Part shown: positions 38,365-48,188 of the stretch, one piece after another
Layout of the letters: each line of letters opens with the position of its first letter
Position numbering within the stretch: the first letter of the stretch is position 1
Assembly (NCBI GenBank): GCA_964630465.1
Contig: CAZVUU010000002.1
Location: 19,687 to 83,686, forward strand
DNA: 64,000 bases
Direction: 5' to 3'
Source: an uncultured Christensenella sp.
Lineage (GTDB): Bacteria > Bacillota > Clostridia > Christensenellales > Aristaeellaceae
Translations under genes and position numbers: made by a program
Notes under the pieces: generated by a model
Seen by the model: only the letters and a program-made list of their open reading frames with translations
What the model was told of the DNA's origin: nothing
Databases searched by the model: none

Positions 38365-39332
38365 TGATAGATCTCCTTCGCAATAGAAAATAGCAGACGG
38401 TCTGTGATGGATTGCCAGGATACATTGCTGGCCTTGTATTTTCGCGCTTCGAATAAAGCTTCAAGCAGACGTTTGAGCTGCTTTGTGTCAGCATTGGACC
38501 ACGGGGATGTCAAGTGTCTTTTTAAAGGGAGAAACTTCGCTTCAAGGCAATGTCGGGCTTCTTGCTCAATCAAATCAAAGAGCAGATCGGCAGAGTCTCT
38601 TGCGTCTTTAAGGGCCATCGAAGCGGCAGGGATATCTGTCAAAGTCTTGAGAGAAAAAAAGGTTTTTTCAGCAAGAGCTTTGGCGGTCCAGTATGTTGAA
38701 TCGTTGAGAACTGAAAGCGCAAACCCAATACGGCCGCTTGACAACAAAGAAAGTTCCTTTGCCTGTTTTGAATTGCATCCATGCTGCAAGAGAAGCTCTT
38801 CAAGCTTTTCATCCTCAAGCGCCGGCAGCCGGACGAGATTGCAGCGTGATATAATTGTGGGTAAAACAGCCCGTTCATTATCACTAGTCAATAAGAAATA
38901 ATCATTGTTCTGCGGTTCTTCCAGTGATTTGAGCAAAGCGTTTTGTGCTTGAGGGGTCATTGTATGCATATCCTTGATCACAATCACTCTGGGCCCCGGT
39001 TCTGCAGGATGCAGTGAGAGCACACTGAACAAGGCGCGAAGTTGTTCGATCCTGATGGACTTAGCGTCACCTGCCAGACCAAGTGTAATCAAATTGCCGT
39101 GACTTCCAGCCTGACAGCGGAGACAGGATCGGCATCGTCCGCATGGTTTGACATCCGACTCAGCCTGACACAACAGAATTTGAGCCAAATAAACGGCAAA
39201 ACTTGCCTTCATCATACCTGACGAACCACATAAAAGAAGCGCATGAGATGCCTGCCTTTTACGATATTCCGTAGTCAGACGGCCATGCGCTTGGCTGAAT
39301 CTCTGATAGTCGAATCCTTGTGACACAAACAC
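38352..39332 (-). CDS. holB: DNA polymerase III delta' subunit
   Basis: AAA+-like HALLLCGSSG and zinc module CGRCRSCLRC. GTG start. Sits in the darA-holB-ricT context. Confidence 0.88.
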   Translation of the reverse strand: MFVSQGFDYQRFSQAHGRLTTEYRKRQASHALLLCGSSGMMKASFAVYLAQILLCQAESDVKPCGRCRSCLRCQAGSHGNLITLGLAGDAKSIRIEQLRALFSVLSLHPAEPGPRVIVIKDMHTMTPQAQNALLKSLEEPQNNDYFLLTSDNERAVLPTIISRCNLVRLPALEDEKLEELLLQHGCNSKQAKELSLLSSGRIGFALSVLNDSTYWTAKALAEKTFFSLKTLTDIPAASMALKDARDSADLLFDLIEQEARHCLEAKFLPLKRHLTSPWSNADTKQLKRLLEALFEARKYKASNVSWQSITDRLLFSIAKEIYQCQW

Positions 39333-39344
39333 CCTGCTAACGAT

Positions 39345-39674
39345 TTACATTTTTAAGAATTGGTCGACAGAAAGTACAAATACAGTTGCGCCTCCGACGG
39401 TTACCTCGATGGGGTAGGGGGCATACATGCCGGTTGCACCGCCGATGGTGACCGGAGAGGTAGCGATCTGCTTGCGGCTTTTGCATACCTTCTTAATGAT
39501 GTCCATGCAAGGATCAAACTTATCATCATCAACACCGACCAGTAAAGTTGTATTTCCCGCTCTGAGAAAGCCCCCTGTGGTAGCGAGCTTTGTAACGCTG
39601 AAACCTTCATTCATCAGTTCACTGATCAAGTGAGAGGCATCCTCATCCTGGACTATGGCAATAATCAATTTCAT
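39345..39674 (-). CDS. darA: cyclic-di-AMP receptor, PII-like protein DarA (YaaQ family)
   Basis: Sequence MKLIIAIVQDEDASHLISELMNEGFSVTKLATTGGFLRAGNTTLLVGV. The ORF is open to 39713, but the conserved N-terminus starts at 39674. Confidence 0.88.
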   Translation of the reverse strand: MKLIIAIVQDEDASHLISELMNEGFSVTKLATTGGFLRAGNTTLLVGVDDDKFDPCMDIIKKVCKSRKQIATSPVTIGGATGMYAPYPIEVTVGGATVFVLSVDQFLKM

Positions 39675-39780
39675 CACGTTATCCATCTCCTTTACAAGAC
39701 GCTTAGATTGCATTGATACCTCGCACGAAAATTATAACACGTTTATGCGGAGCATGACAAGTCTGCTTAAGTGCAGATAC

Positions 39781-39809
39781 TTGTCATCAGCCTTGACCTA
39801 TGCTAAAAT
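39781..39809 (+). promoter_or_regulatory. sigma-A type promoter for plsX-acpP
   Basis: TTGTCA (39781-39786), 17-nt spacer, TAAAAT (39804-39809). Confidence 0.5.
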
Positions 39810-39863
39810 TAGTCTGTTATCAGGTGCACGGTTGCTTGATAAAATTTACAAAGGAAACGTTCA

Positions 39864-40859
39864 GTGCAAGAGAAGATCCATCTGTTTATTGACGCGATGG
39901 GCGGCGACAATGCCCCGGAGGCTCAGGTGAAAGGGAGCTTGTTAGCCTTGCGCCGGATTCCCGGGCTGAAGATCACTTTAGCCGGTATTATATCCCGGAT
40001 TGAACCTTATCTTGTCGGCGCGGAAGATGTCCGGGAGAGAATCTCCCTGTTGGACGCGCCCGAAGTAATCACAAACCATGATGCTCCTGCTATGGCGATC
40101 CGTCAGAAGAAAAAATCCTCCATCGTACTGGGGATGTTGTCTGTCCGCGATGGAGCAACTGACGGCTTTGTATCCGCCGGTTCAACCGGAGCCGTGCTGG
40201 TGGGAGGTATGCTGCGCCTGGGCCGCTTGCCCGGGATTGAACGGCCTGCTCTCGCTCCCCTGTTGCCTAATGGAAAGGGCAGCTTCCTTTTGATCGACTG
40301 CGGGGCCAATATGGACTGCAAAGCCGAATACCTTCAGCAATTTGGCCTTATGGGCAATGTCTACATGAAACAGATCATGAACATTCAAAACCCTCGCATA
40401 GGGCTGGCGAACGTAGGCGATGAAGCTGAAAAAGGCAATGCTTTGATCAAGGAGACCTTTCCTTTGATGCAGAATTCGACATATAATTTCATCGGCAATG
40501 TTGAGGCACGCTATATTCCCGCGGATGTGGCGGATGTCATTGTGTGTGACGGCTTTGACGGCAACCTTATCCTCAAGTATACTGAAGGCCTTGCCGAGAC
40601 CCTGATGGGTATGATCAAGCGTGAGATCATGGCAGATATGCGTTCGAAGCTGGGGGGGCTGCTCGCTAAGCCTGCGTTCAATCGTGTGCGGAAAACCATG
40701 GATTATACTGAAGTGGGCGGCGCTCCTTTGCTCGGTGTTGCAGGCGCTGTTGTCAAGGCACACGGTAGCAGCAACGACTATGCCTTTTTCTCCGCGATCA
40801 GGCAGGCTGCTGATATGGTGACCTCTAAGGTCGCACAGACAATTACGAGTCAATTATAG
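39864..40859 (+). CDS. plsX: phosphate acyltransferase PlsX
   Basis: Motifs IDAMGGDNAP, SAGSTGA and KAHGSS. GTG start. Confidence 0.94.
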   Translation: MQEKIHLFIDAMGGDNAPEAQVKGSLLALRRIPGLKITLAGIISRIEPYLVGAEDVRERISLLDAPEVITNHDAPAMAIRQKKKSSIVLGMLSVRDGATDGFVSAGSTGAVLVGGMLRLGRLPGIERPALAPLLPNGKGSFLLIDCGANMDCKAEYLQQFGLMGNVYMKQIMNIQNPRIGLANVGDEAEKGNALIKETFPLMQNSTYNFIGNVEARYIPADVADVIVCDGFDGNLILKYTEGLAETLMGMIKREIMADMRSKLGGLLAKPAFNRVRKTMDYTEVGGAPLLGVAGAVVKAHGSSNDYAFFSAIRQAADMVTSKVAQTITSQL

Positions 40860-40885
40860 GTATTTGACAAATCGGAGGAGTTAAT

Positions 40886-41116
40886 ATGGTATATGATCAA
40901 CTGGTATCCATGATTGCAAATCAACTGAAAGTAGCCCCTGAGAAAGTAACCCGTGATGCCCGGCTGGTTGAAGACCTGGGCGCAGACAGCGCCAATGTGA
41001 TGGTGCTGATCATGGACCTTGAGGATCATTACAGCCTGCAAGTCGAGGACAGCGCCATTACCTCACTTAAGACGGTAGGCGATGTGGCTGAATACATCGA
41101 AAAAAGAACCGAGTAA
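40886..41116 (+). CDS. acpP: acyl carrier protein
   Basis: 76 aa with the phosphopantetheine site LGADSA. Follows plsX. Confidence 0.9.
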   Translation: MVYDQLVSMIANQLKVAPEKVTRDARLVEDLGADSANVMVLIMDLEDHYSLQVEDSAITSLKTVGDVAEYIEKRTE

Positions 41117-41135
41117 ACAGGTTTTAAAAGCATTT

Positions 41136-41166
41136 AGGCTGCTGCGCAGTTTGGCAGCAGCCATTT
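41136..41166 (+). terminator. intrinsic terminator/attenuator hairpin after acpP
   Basis: GGCTGCTGC-GCAGTTTG-GCAGCAGCC followed by ATTTT. Confidence 0.6.
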
Positions 41167-41184
41167 TCATGTGGAGGTTGAGGC

Positions 41185-41856
41185 ATGCCGGAGTTTTCCG
41201 GGTTGATTCGTTCAATTGGATATGATTTTAAAAGCCCGGGGCTGCTGGCATTGGCAATGACCCATCCTTCTTTTGGCGCCAACAATAACCAGAGGCTTGA
41301 GTTTCTGGGTGATTCGGTGCTGGAGCTGTGCATCAGCGAAAAGCTTTTTTCCATTTATCCGAAAATGAAGGAAGGCAAACTGACGGCTTTGCGCGCCATG
41401 CTGGTCTGCGAAGAGACTCTTTACAGCATAGCGCAAAACCTGGAACTTGATCAGTATATCAGAATGCTGCCGCAGTTAAAGCCTGACACCCGCGGCAGAA
41501 AGGGAATTATGGCCGATGCGGTAGAGGCCATGCTGGCTGCTGTGCATATTGATGGCGGTTTTGAAGCCGCCAGGGAAGTCGTGGAAAGTCTTTGGCTTGA
41601 TGTGCTTGACGGCGAAATGACCATTCAAAACAGTAAAAGCGAGCTGCAGGAATACTTGCAGGCCAAACACCTGTCTGATCCGCAATACGAGACCCTCTTT
41701 GAAACCGGACCGGCACATAAGCGTTCATTTACAGTATCTGTCTCTGTGGATGGCAAAGAACTTGCGCGTGCTCAGGGCAACAGCAAAAAAGACGCACAGC
41801 AAAGGGCTGCTTCGATGGCACTTGAGATGCTCCTTGGGCAGAAGGAGGAGGGATGA
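41185..41856 (+). CDS. rnc: ribonuclease III
   Basis: Signature RLEFLGDSVLEL and a C-terminal dsRBD (GPAHKRSF...GNSKKDAQQRAA). Confidence 0.95.
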   Translation: MPEFSGLIRSIGYDFKSPGLLALAMTHPSFGANNNQRLEFLGDSVLELCISEKLFSIYPKMKEGKLTALRAMLVCEETLYSIAQNLELDQYIRMLPQLKPDTRGRKGIMADAVEAMLAAVHIDGGFEAAREVVESLWLDVLDGEMTIQNSKSELQEYLQAKHLSDPQYETLFETGPAHKRSFTVSVSVDGKELARAQGNSKKDAQQRAASMALEMLLGQKEEG

Positions 41857-44800
41857 AGCTAAACCGGATCGAAATTATAGGCTTTAAGTCCTTCGCTCAG
41901 AGAACTGAGCTCTCTTTTGGCAACGGGATTACAGGAATCGTAGGGCCAAACGGATCGGGTAAAAGCAATATTGCGGACGCAGTCAGATGGGTTCTAGGCG
42001 AACAGAGCGCTAAAATACTTCGCGGATCCAAAATGGAAGACGTGATCTTTAACGGCACACAGACAAGAAAACCACTGCCTTATTGCGAAGTTTCGCTCCA
42101 GTTTGACAATGAAGACAAGGCGCTAAACTCACCCTATTCTGAGGTGCTTGTGACCCGTCGGGTTTACCGCAGCGGTGAAGGAGAATACTTTTTAAACCGT
42201 GTAAACTGCCGTCTTCGCGATGTGCTGGAGCTGTTTAGGGATACCGGTATCGGCAAGGAAGGATATTCAATCATTGGGCAAGGTCGCATTGAAGAGATCT
42301 TATCCACCAAAGGTGACGAGCGACGACAGGTCTTTGAAGAAGCGGCGGGTATCGTCACTTATCGCGTCCGCAAGGAGGAAGCAGAAAGAAAGCTGAGTCG
42401 TACCCGGGACAATTTACTTCGGGTGAATGATCTGATTGAAGAAATCGCTGCCCGGCTGGAACCTCTGGAAATCCAATCAAAGACGGCACAAGAGTATCTG
42501 GCTTTGTCTGAGCGACTTAAGCATCTTGATGTCAATGTTTATCTCGTCAGACATGACCGCCTTCAAAGCAGGCTGGCCTCGTTGAGGGAGCTGAGGCTGG
42601 GGCTTTCAGAAAGCATAAAGACTCACGAACAGCGGATGGAGCTTCTCGGCAGGCAAAGAGCCGAGCTTGAGAGAACTCTTGAAGAAGCGGAACAGGAAGA
42701 CAAAGAAGCCCGTCAGGCGCTCAATGAGGCACAGGAAGCACACTATAAAGGCCAGCGGGAGCTGGAAACAGTACAAAATCGTCTGGAGACATTAAAACAT
42801 CATGAACTCCAGCTGTCTGAAGACATTCGTCTGGAAGAGGAGCGTCTGCAAGGCCTTCGAGAAATATACTCGGATAGTGAAGACGGCCGGCAAATTCAGC
42901 TCCGGCTTCAGGAAGAGGCGAAGGGCCGTTTACTTCGTGAAGAGACTCTTCTTCAATCTTTGCTGGATGAGGCACAAACAGCGGAGCGTCAATTGGATGC
43001 TCACAAAGCCCGTATCATCGATACGATCAGCCGTTTGAGTGATGTTAAAAGTATGCAGGCCCGACAGCAAACCATGCTGATCCAAATGACGGACCGTGTT
43101 ACTGATATTCAAAAGCAAAGCGAAGAACTCTCCGCTCAAGAATCAGCGCAGCAGGAGATCTCAGGCAAAACAGATGAACAGCTGCAGAAAGTCCTTGAGA
43201 CGCTTGAACAAATGACTTCCGATGGCATCGGTATCAAAGAAAAGCGGGATGAGGGAAAAAAACGATACGAACTGGCCGCGCAACGAACAGCGGATCTTAT
43301 GCACAGAGTACGAACGGAGCAAGGCCGGTTAAATCTGCTGGAAGATCTGGCCAGAGACTATGAAGGTTACGGTCAGGCCGTCAGAAAAGCCTTACAGTTT
43401 GCGGCAGGTAACACAAAGGTACACGGCGTTATAGCCCAGCTGATCCGTGTGCCAAAGGAATATGAGACCGCAATTGACATGATTCTGGGCGGTACCCTCC
43501 AGCATATCGTGACGGATGACGAAGAAACGGCAAAACTTTTGATTGACTATCTGCGGAATAACTGGCTTGGAAGAACAACTTTTTTGCCGATCAGCGCCAT
43601 CAAGGGACGCAGTCTCAGCCGGGAGGAACGATCACTCTTAAGTATGCCGGGATGCCTGGGTGTCGCAAGTGAGCTGGTGGAGTGTGATCCCCGTCACGCC
43701 CGGATCATTGAAAGCATTTTGGGACGCACGGTTATTGCAGAGGATATGGATTCAGGTATTGCACTGTCACGCCGTGCCAGACAATCTTTTCATGTCGTAA
43801 CCCTGGCAGGAGATGTTTTTCGTGCGGGCGGGGCTATGACGGGCGGCACCTCACGGTCTCGCGCGGGAAGCCTGTTGGGCCGTGAGCGTGAAATCGCCGA
43901 GCTTAAAGAATCCATTCGAGTCAGCCAGGAACAGTACGCTCAAGCCGAGACGTCGAAGCACCAGGCATCCATTGAGCTGGATGAACTTGCGCGCCTTGCC
44001 GATGAATGCTCTGAAGCGCTGAGCCAGCACCAGATTCTTGTTGCAAGAGAGCAAGAACGTAGTCAAAATGCGCGGCGCGAGCTGGAAAATGTGCGGCTGC
44101 GCAGGATCGACGTGGAAGCCGCCCTGGAGCAGATACAGCAAACGATAACAGAAATAGAAGCCGATCTTCATACAACCTCTGAACAAACACAGAATGAAGC
44201 GGTTGACCAGCAAATATTGGAACAGGAGACTCAAAAGCTTCAGCAACAGCTTTTAAGAGCCAGACAAACAGCAGAAACCCAACGTGAAAAAGTGACGGTA
44301 TTGATTGCGCAGCAAGGCGATCTGACACATAAATATGATATTTTGCGCCGTGACAGAGAGCGCTGGGTTAAAGAGATCAATAGCCTGGAAGCCTCGGCTG
44401 CCAAAAAGGCAATTGAAGCAGACCAATTGAGAGCACAGCAGATTTCCCATCTTGACCTGATTACATCACATGAAGAGGCTGTCAAAGCTTCTTCGGAGCT
44501 TGCCGCTGACCGGCAGAAGGCCTGGGATATGGTGGCGAAGAAGCGCAATGAGATCCAGGGGCGGCAGAAGGCCTGTGCTGATGAAACTGAAAAGCTTCAT
44601 GCCTTACATGCACAGGAAAGCGATAAATTGCACCGTAATGAACTGGTCATTGCACGCACGGAAAATGAGATTCAATCGATCAGTGACTATATCTTCAACA
44701 GCTATGAACTGACCTATGCTTTGGCACGAGAGCTGCGCAGGGAAGATAAAATAGATCTTCCCCGGGCTGAGCTGGAGATTAAGTCGATCAAACAACGCAT

Positions 44801-45413
44801 TCGAGAAATGGGCACGGTTAATGTCAGCGCTGTTGAAGAATATGCCCTGACACGTGAGCGCCATGACAACATGATTGCTCAACGTGACGATGCGCAGAAG
44901 GCCGAGCAGGACTTGGTTACCTTGATCAATCAATTGTTGGGGCGGATGGAGACACAGTTTGTCACTGAATTTACGAAGTTGAATCAATACTTCTCAGAGA
45001 CATTTTCAAGGCTGTTCGGCGGAGGGAAGGCTGAGCTGATTCTTTCAAATCCGTCTGAACCATTGACTTGCGATATCGAGGTGGCCGCGCAGCCGCCCGG
45101 TAAAAAGCTGCAGCTGCTGAGCCTGATGTCAGGCGGTGAGAAAGCGCTGACGGCGATCGCGATCCTGTTTGCGATGCTGACCTTGAAACCGACGCCATTT
45201 TGTATTCTGGATGAGATAGAAGCCGCGCTTGATGAAGCTAATATTGGTTATTTTGCTGAGTACCTGGTTGAATATGCGAAGTCAACACAGTTTATCATCA
45301 TTACGCACAGGAAAGGAACGATGGAAAGCTGTGACGCGCTTTACGGTGTGACAATGGAAGAGAAAGGCGTATCCGGCATGGTATCAGTTGATCTTCAGCG
45401 ATATGTGGAATGA
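41853..45413 (+). CDS. smc: chromosome segregation protein SMC
   Basis: Walker A GPNGSGKSNI, long coiled coils, hinge, signature MSGGEKALTA and Walker B ILDEIEAALD. Confidence 0.97.
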   Translation: MKLNRIEIIGFKSFAQRTELSFGNGITGIVGPNGSGKSNIADAVRWVLGEQSAKILRGSKMEDVIFNGTQTRKPLPYCEVSLQFDNEDKALNSPYSEVLVTRRVYRSGEGEYFLNRVNCRLRDVLELFRDTGIGKEGYSIIGQGRIEEILSTKGDERRQVFEEAAGIVTYRVRKEEAERKLSRTRDNLLRVNDLIEEIAARLEPLEIQSKTAQEYLALSERLKHLDVNVYLVRHDRLQSRLASLRELRLGLSESIKTHEQRMELLGRQRAELERTLEEAEQEDKEARQALNEAQEAHYKGQRELETVQNRLETLKHHELQLSEDIRLEEERLQGLREIYSDSEDGRQIQLRLQEEAKGRLLREETLLQSLLDEAQTAERQLDAHKARIIDTISRLSDVKSMQARQQTMLIQMTDRVTDIQKQSEELSAQESAQQEISGKTDEQLQKVLETLEQMTSDGIGIKEKRDEGKKRYELAAQRTADLMHRVRTEQGRLNLLEDLARDYEGYGQAVRKALQFAAGNTKVHGVIAQLIRVPKEYETAIDMILGGTLQHIVTDDEETAKLLIDYLRNNWLGRTTFLPISAIKGRSLSREERSLLSMPGCLGVASELVECDPRHARIIESILGRTVIAEDMDSGIALSRRARQSFHVVTLAGDVFRAGGAMTGGTSRSRAGSLLGREREIAELKESIRVSQEQYAQAETSKHQASIELDELARLADECSEALSQHQILVAREQERSQNARRELENVRLRRIDVEAALEQIQQTITEIEADLHTTSEQTQNEAVDQQILEQETQKLQQQLLRARQTAETQREKVTVLIAQQGDLTHKYDILRRDRERWVKEINSLEASAAKKAIEADQLRAQQISHLDLITSHEEAVKASSELAADRQKAWDMVAKKRNEIQGRQKACADETEKLHALHAQESDKLHRNELVIARTENEIQSISDYIFNSYELTYALARELRREDKIDLPRAELEIKSIKQRIREMGTVNVSAVEEYALTRERHDNMIAQRDDAQKAEQDLVTLINQLLGRMETQFVTEFTKLNQYFSETFSRLFGGGKAELILSNPSEPLTCDIEVAAQPPGKKLQLLSLMSGGEKALTAIAILFAMLTLKPTPFCILDEIEAALDEANIGYFAEYLVEYAKSTQFIIITHRKGTMESCDALYGVTMEEKGVSGMVSVDLQRYVE

Positions 45414-45434
45414 TAAAGGGAGGATGCATAGAAT

Positions 45435-46331
45435 ATGAGTTTTTTTCAAAGGCTGAAAGCCGGATTATCCAAAACCAGGGGCAATTTCACCACAAAGGTT
45501 GATGAACTGGTTGAAAACACTGAAACCATCGATGAAGATTTTTATGATGAATTAATTGATATCCTGATTCTGGCAGACGCGGGAGCCGCGACAGCCGATC
45601 GTATCGTCAGCGCTCTCAGGCGTGAGGTTGAAGACAAAAGAATCAAGGATGCCGGGCTCGCGCGCGAGATATTTAAAAAGATTATCGCAGATGATATGAA
45701 CGTAGGGCGTCCACCCCTGCGCTGGCCGATGGTGATGCTGGTGGTTGGCGTAAACGGCGTAGGCAAGACCACGACGGTCGGGAAGCTGGCCCTCCGTTTT
45801 CAGGAACTGGGAAGGTCGGTCATGCTTGCTGCGGCTGATACTTTCCGCGCGGCAGCCGATGAACAGCTTAAAGTATGGTCTGAACGGGCAAAGGTGCCAA
45901 TGATCAGCCAAACCATGGGGAGCGACCCGGCCGCGGTTGTGTTTGATGCCGTTCGGGCAGCGAAAGCGAGAAAGACGGATCTGCTGATTGTCGATACAGC
46001 AGGCCGGCTTCATAATAAAAAGAATTTAATGGATGAACTTGGTAAGATCCGTCGGATCATTGACAAAGAACACCCTGAGGCTGCCGTCCGCAGTATGCTG
46101 ATATTGGATGCTACCACGGGACAAAACGGTTTGCAGCAAGCTAAACAGTTTAAGGAAGCAGCGGAGATTAACGGCATCATTCTGACTAAACTGGATGGTA
46201 CGGCAAAAGGGGGAATTGCAATCGCCATTCAGCAGGAATTGCAGCTGCCGGTATGGTATATCGGGGTCGGTGAGGGGATCGACGATCTGCAGGCCTTCGA
46301 CGCCAAGGAGTTTGTAGACGCCTTATTTTAA
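45435..46331 (+). CDS. ftsY: signal recognition particle receptor FtsY
   Basis: Motifs [16 protein letters not shown] and [10 protein letters not shown]. Confidence 0.96.
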   Translation: MSFFQRLKAGLSKTRGNFTTKVDELVENTETIDEDFYDELIDILILADAGAATADRIVSALRREVEDKRIKDAGLAREIFKKIIADDMNVGRPPLRWPMVMLVVGVNGVGKTTTVGKLALRFQELGRSVMLAAADTFRAAADEQLKVWSERAKVPMISQTMGSDPAAVVFDAVRAAKARKTDLLIVDTAGRLHNKKNLMDELGKIRRIIDKEHPEAAVRSMLILDATTGQNGLQQAKQFKEAAEINGIILTKLDGTAKGGIAIAIQQELQLPVWYIGVGEGIDDLQAFDAKEFVDALF

Positions 46332-46348
46332 TGATTTAAATCAAAAAC

Positions 46349-46384
46349 AAAAAAACATCCGCTTTCAAACGGATGTTTTTTTGA
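46349..46384. terminator. bidirectional intrinsic terminator between ftsY and the convergent lipoprotein gene
   Basis: AAAAAACATCCG-CTTTCAAA-CGGATGTTTTTTT. Confidence 0.85.
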
Positions 46385-46393
46385 CAGAATGAT

Positions 46394-47830
46394 TCAGGAA
46401 CCAATAGGGAAGTTTCCTTCATAGAGTATTCTTTGCGTCGCAGCGCCTGCAACACCATCCTGTGACAGCCCGTGATCAGCCTGGAAGCGAATAACTGCCT
46501 CAATCGTTCCCGTACCGTATTTCCCGTCCACGGTACCATTATAGTAGCCTTGACGCCTCAGAGCATTTTGTAAATTGCTCACCAGTGTACCGCTGCTGCC
46601 AGGACGAAGCGTAACATAACTGCCATCCGGCGCCGGGGTAACGTTGTAGAATTGAGTAACAGGCGTATACTGAGGAATCGGCGTTACACGCTGCCCCGAG
46701 CCACTTGAAGAGCTTGGTCGTTTGGCACTGCTGCTGTTGAGCCGATTGAGGGTCGATTCACCGGCTTTGCCGTCCACGGTCAAGCCATTATTGCTCTGGA
46801 AGCTTCGCACGGCAAGCTCGGTACCGTCACCAAAATCGCCGTCTATAACACCGTTGTAATAGCCCAGTTCTTTCAAACGTCGCTGCATGGCTCGGACGGC
46901 CTCAGATCCCTTCATCCCATTTTGCAGCACAGTGCCGACTGTACCTGCAGAGGTGCTGGTCCCCTTGGCGGAGCTGGAATACAGCTTGTTGAGTGTCAGC
47001 GGGCCTGCTTTTCCGTCATAATAGGATACATTGCGCTTTTGAAAAGCAATGACGGCAGCTTCAGTAGACTCATTGAAAACACCGGTCGCCTTGCCGCTCA
47101 GGTAACCCAGCTGAATTAACCGTTCTTGCATTCTGCGAACTTCAGAACCTCTGGAACCCAGAACCAGAATGAGGCTTTCATTTACCCGGGGCGTGCTGGT
47201 GACTCTGGGCGTCTGTGTAGGCCTGGCAGTTGCGGGAGCGCGCACGGCGCTGCTGGAATTCAGCTTATTCATGGTTGCGGGGCCAACAATGCCGTCTGCC
47301 GGCAGACCATTGCGGTTTTGAAAAGAAATCACGGCGCGCTTCGTGCCGGCTTCGAATTTGCCGTCCACTGTTCTCATATAGCCCAGACTGCGCAATTTTG
47401 TCTGCAGGTTCCGCACATCGCTGCCCGTACTGCCTTCCTTTAGGATCAAAGGGGTAGGTGTAGGCTGTGGAGTGATAGTCGGAGGAGCGGTCAGGGGAAT
47501 AACCGATGTAGGAGTCGGACTGGGCATCTCAGGAAAAACGATGCCGTCGGTACCGGTCAAAGAACCTGTGCTGCCGTCGGTTACACCCGGATCCGGAATA
47601 CTTAGATCAATGGTCGCTGAGGGCAGTATGATGGGGTTTGTATCCGGAGTCGGTGTAAGATCGATCGGCGGAATGGTGGGCAGGCTATCCCAGGGGAGAT
47701 CGCCGGCATAGCCAGCCCCCGCGCTGCTGTTGCCGACACTGTCGGGGTTTGAAACACAGCCGGCCAGCAGCACCGGTACTGACAGAATAGCCAGAAGAAT
47801 TAAAAAGTTCTTTTTGCTTGATGGCCTCAT
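46394..47830 (-). CDS. lipoprotein with a Pro/Thr-rich linker and four tandem peptidoglycan-binding (PG_binding_1-like) domains, no recognisable catalytic domain
   Basis: Lipobox LLAGC (Cys25). Four repeats of the pattern G..G..V..LQ..L..LGY....DG.FG..T..AV..FQ...GL..DG.AG..T...L, at about aa 128-191, 220-284, 301-365 and 407-470. Confidence 0.85.
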   Translation of the reverse strand: MRPSSKKNFLILLAILSVPVLLAGCVSNPDSVGNSSAGAGYAGDLPWDSLPTIPPIDLTPTPDTNPIILPSATIDLSIPDPGVTDGSTGSLTGTDGIVFPEMPSPTPTSVIPLTAPPTITPQPTPTPLILKEGSTGSDVRNLQTKLRSLGYMRTVDGKFEAGTKRAVISFQNRNGLPADGIVGPATMNKLNSSSAVRAPATARPTQTPRVTSTPRVNESLILVLGSRGSEVRRMQERLIQLGYLSGKATGVFNESTEAAVIAFQKRNVSYYDGKAGPLTLNKLYSSSAKGTSTSAGTVGTVLQNGMKGSEAVRAMQRRLKELGYYNGVIDGDFGDGTELAVRSFQSNNGLTVDGKAGESTLNRLNSSSAKRPSSSSGSGQRVTPIPQYTPVTQFYNVTPAPDGSYVTLRPGSSGTLVSNLQNALRRQGYYNGTVDGKYGTGTIEAVIRFQADHGLSQDGVAGAATQRILYEGNFPIGS

Positions 47831-47957
47831 AAAATCATCCCTTTACTTTTTGCGATAGCCGGCATCGGCGGATTACACATACAACGAATGAACAAGCCGT
47901 TTTCCTGCTTGAACCGCATCATTTCACACTGCGGCAAGCACATACTTGTTTAGTTAC

Positions 47958-47986
47958 AGCATATCATAAATTTGCCGTGCATTCAA
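47958..47986 (-). promoter_or_regulatory. candidate promoter (extended -10) for the PG-binding lipoprotein gene
   Basis: On the minus strand: TTGAAT, 17-nt spacer ending TGa, TATGCT. Confidence 0.4.
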
Positions 47987-48041
47987 TGAGAATTGTAACA
48001 ATTACATGGCCAGATCTCTCATTTAAATCAAGGCATTATTC

Positions 48042-48070
48042 TTGCATTTTATATCATCAAGGGGTATAAT
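48042..48070 (+). promoter_or_regulatory. sigma-A type promoter for greA-lysS
   Basis: TTGCAT (48042-48047), 17-nt spacer, TATAAT (48065-48070). This leaves a leader of roughly 110 nt. Confidence 0.6.
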
Positions 48071-48188
48071 CTTAATGCTTCCTGATGTTATTGTCTGTGA
48101 GAGGCTTTTTTATTAATTCTTTAAAATGTCGAGCACCGCAAGAAGCAATTAAAAATGTTTGAACAAATAAGAACGGAGTGAAACCTTT

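Noticed and set aside
40182-40853. 223-aa ORF on the minus strand
   Set aside because: It is antisense to plsX and has a shadow-frame composition.
48077-48111. Possible leader terminator (GraL-like sRNA) in the greA 5' UTR
   Set aside because: A T-run is present (48106-48111), but the only stem I can draw is 5 bp including a G-U pair (GCUUC/GAGGC) with a 19-nt loop. That is too weak to call.
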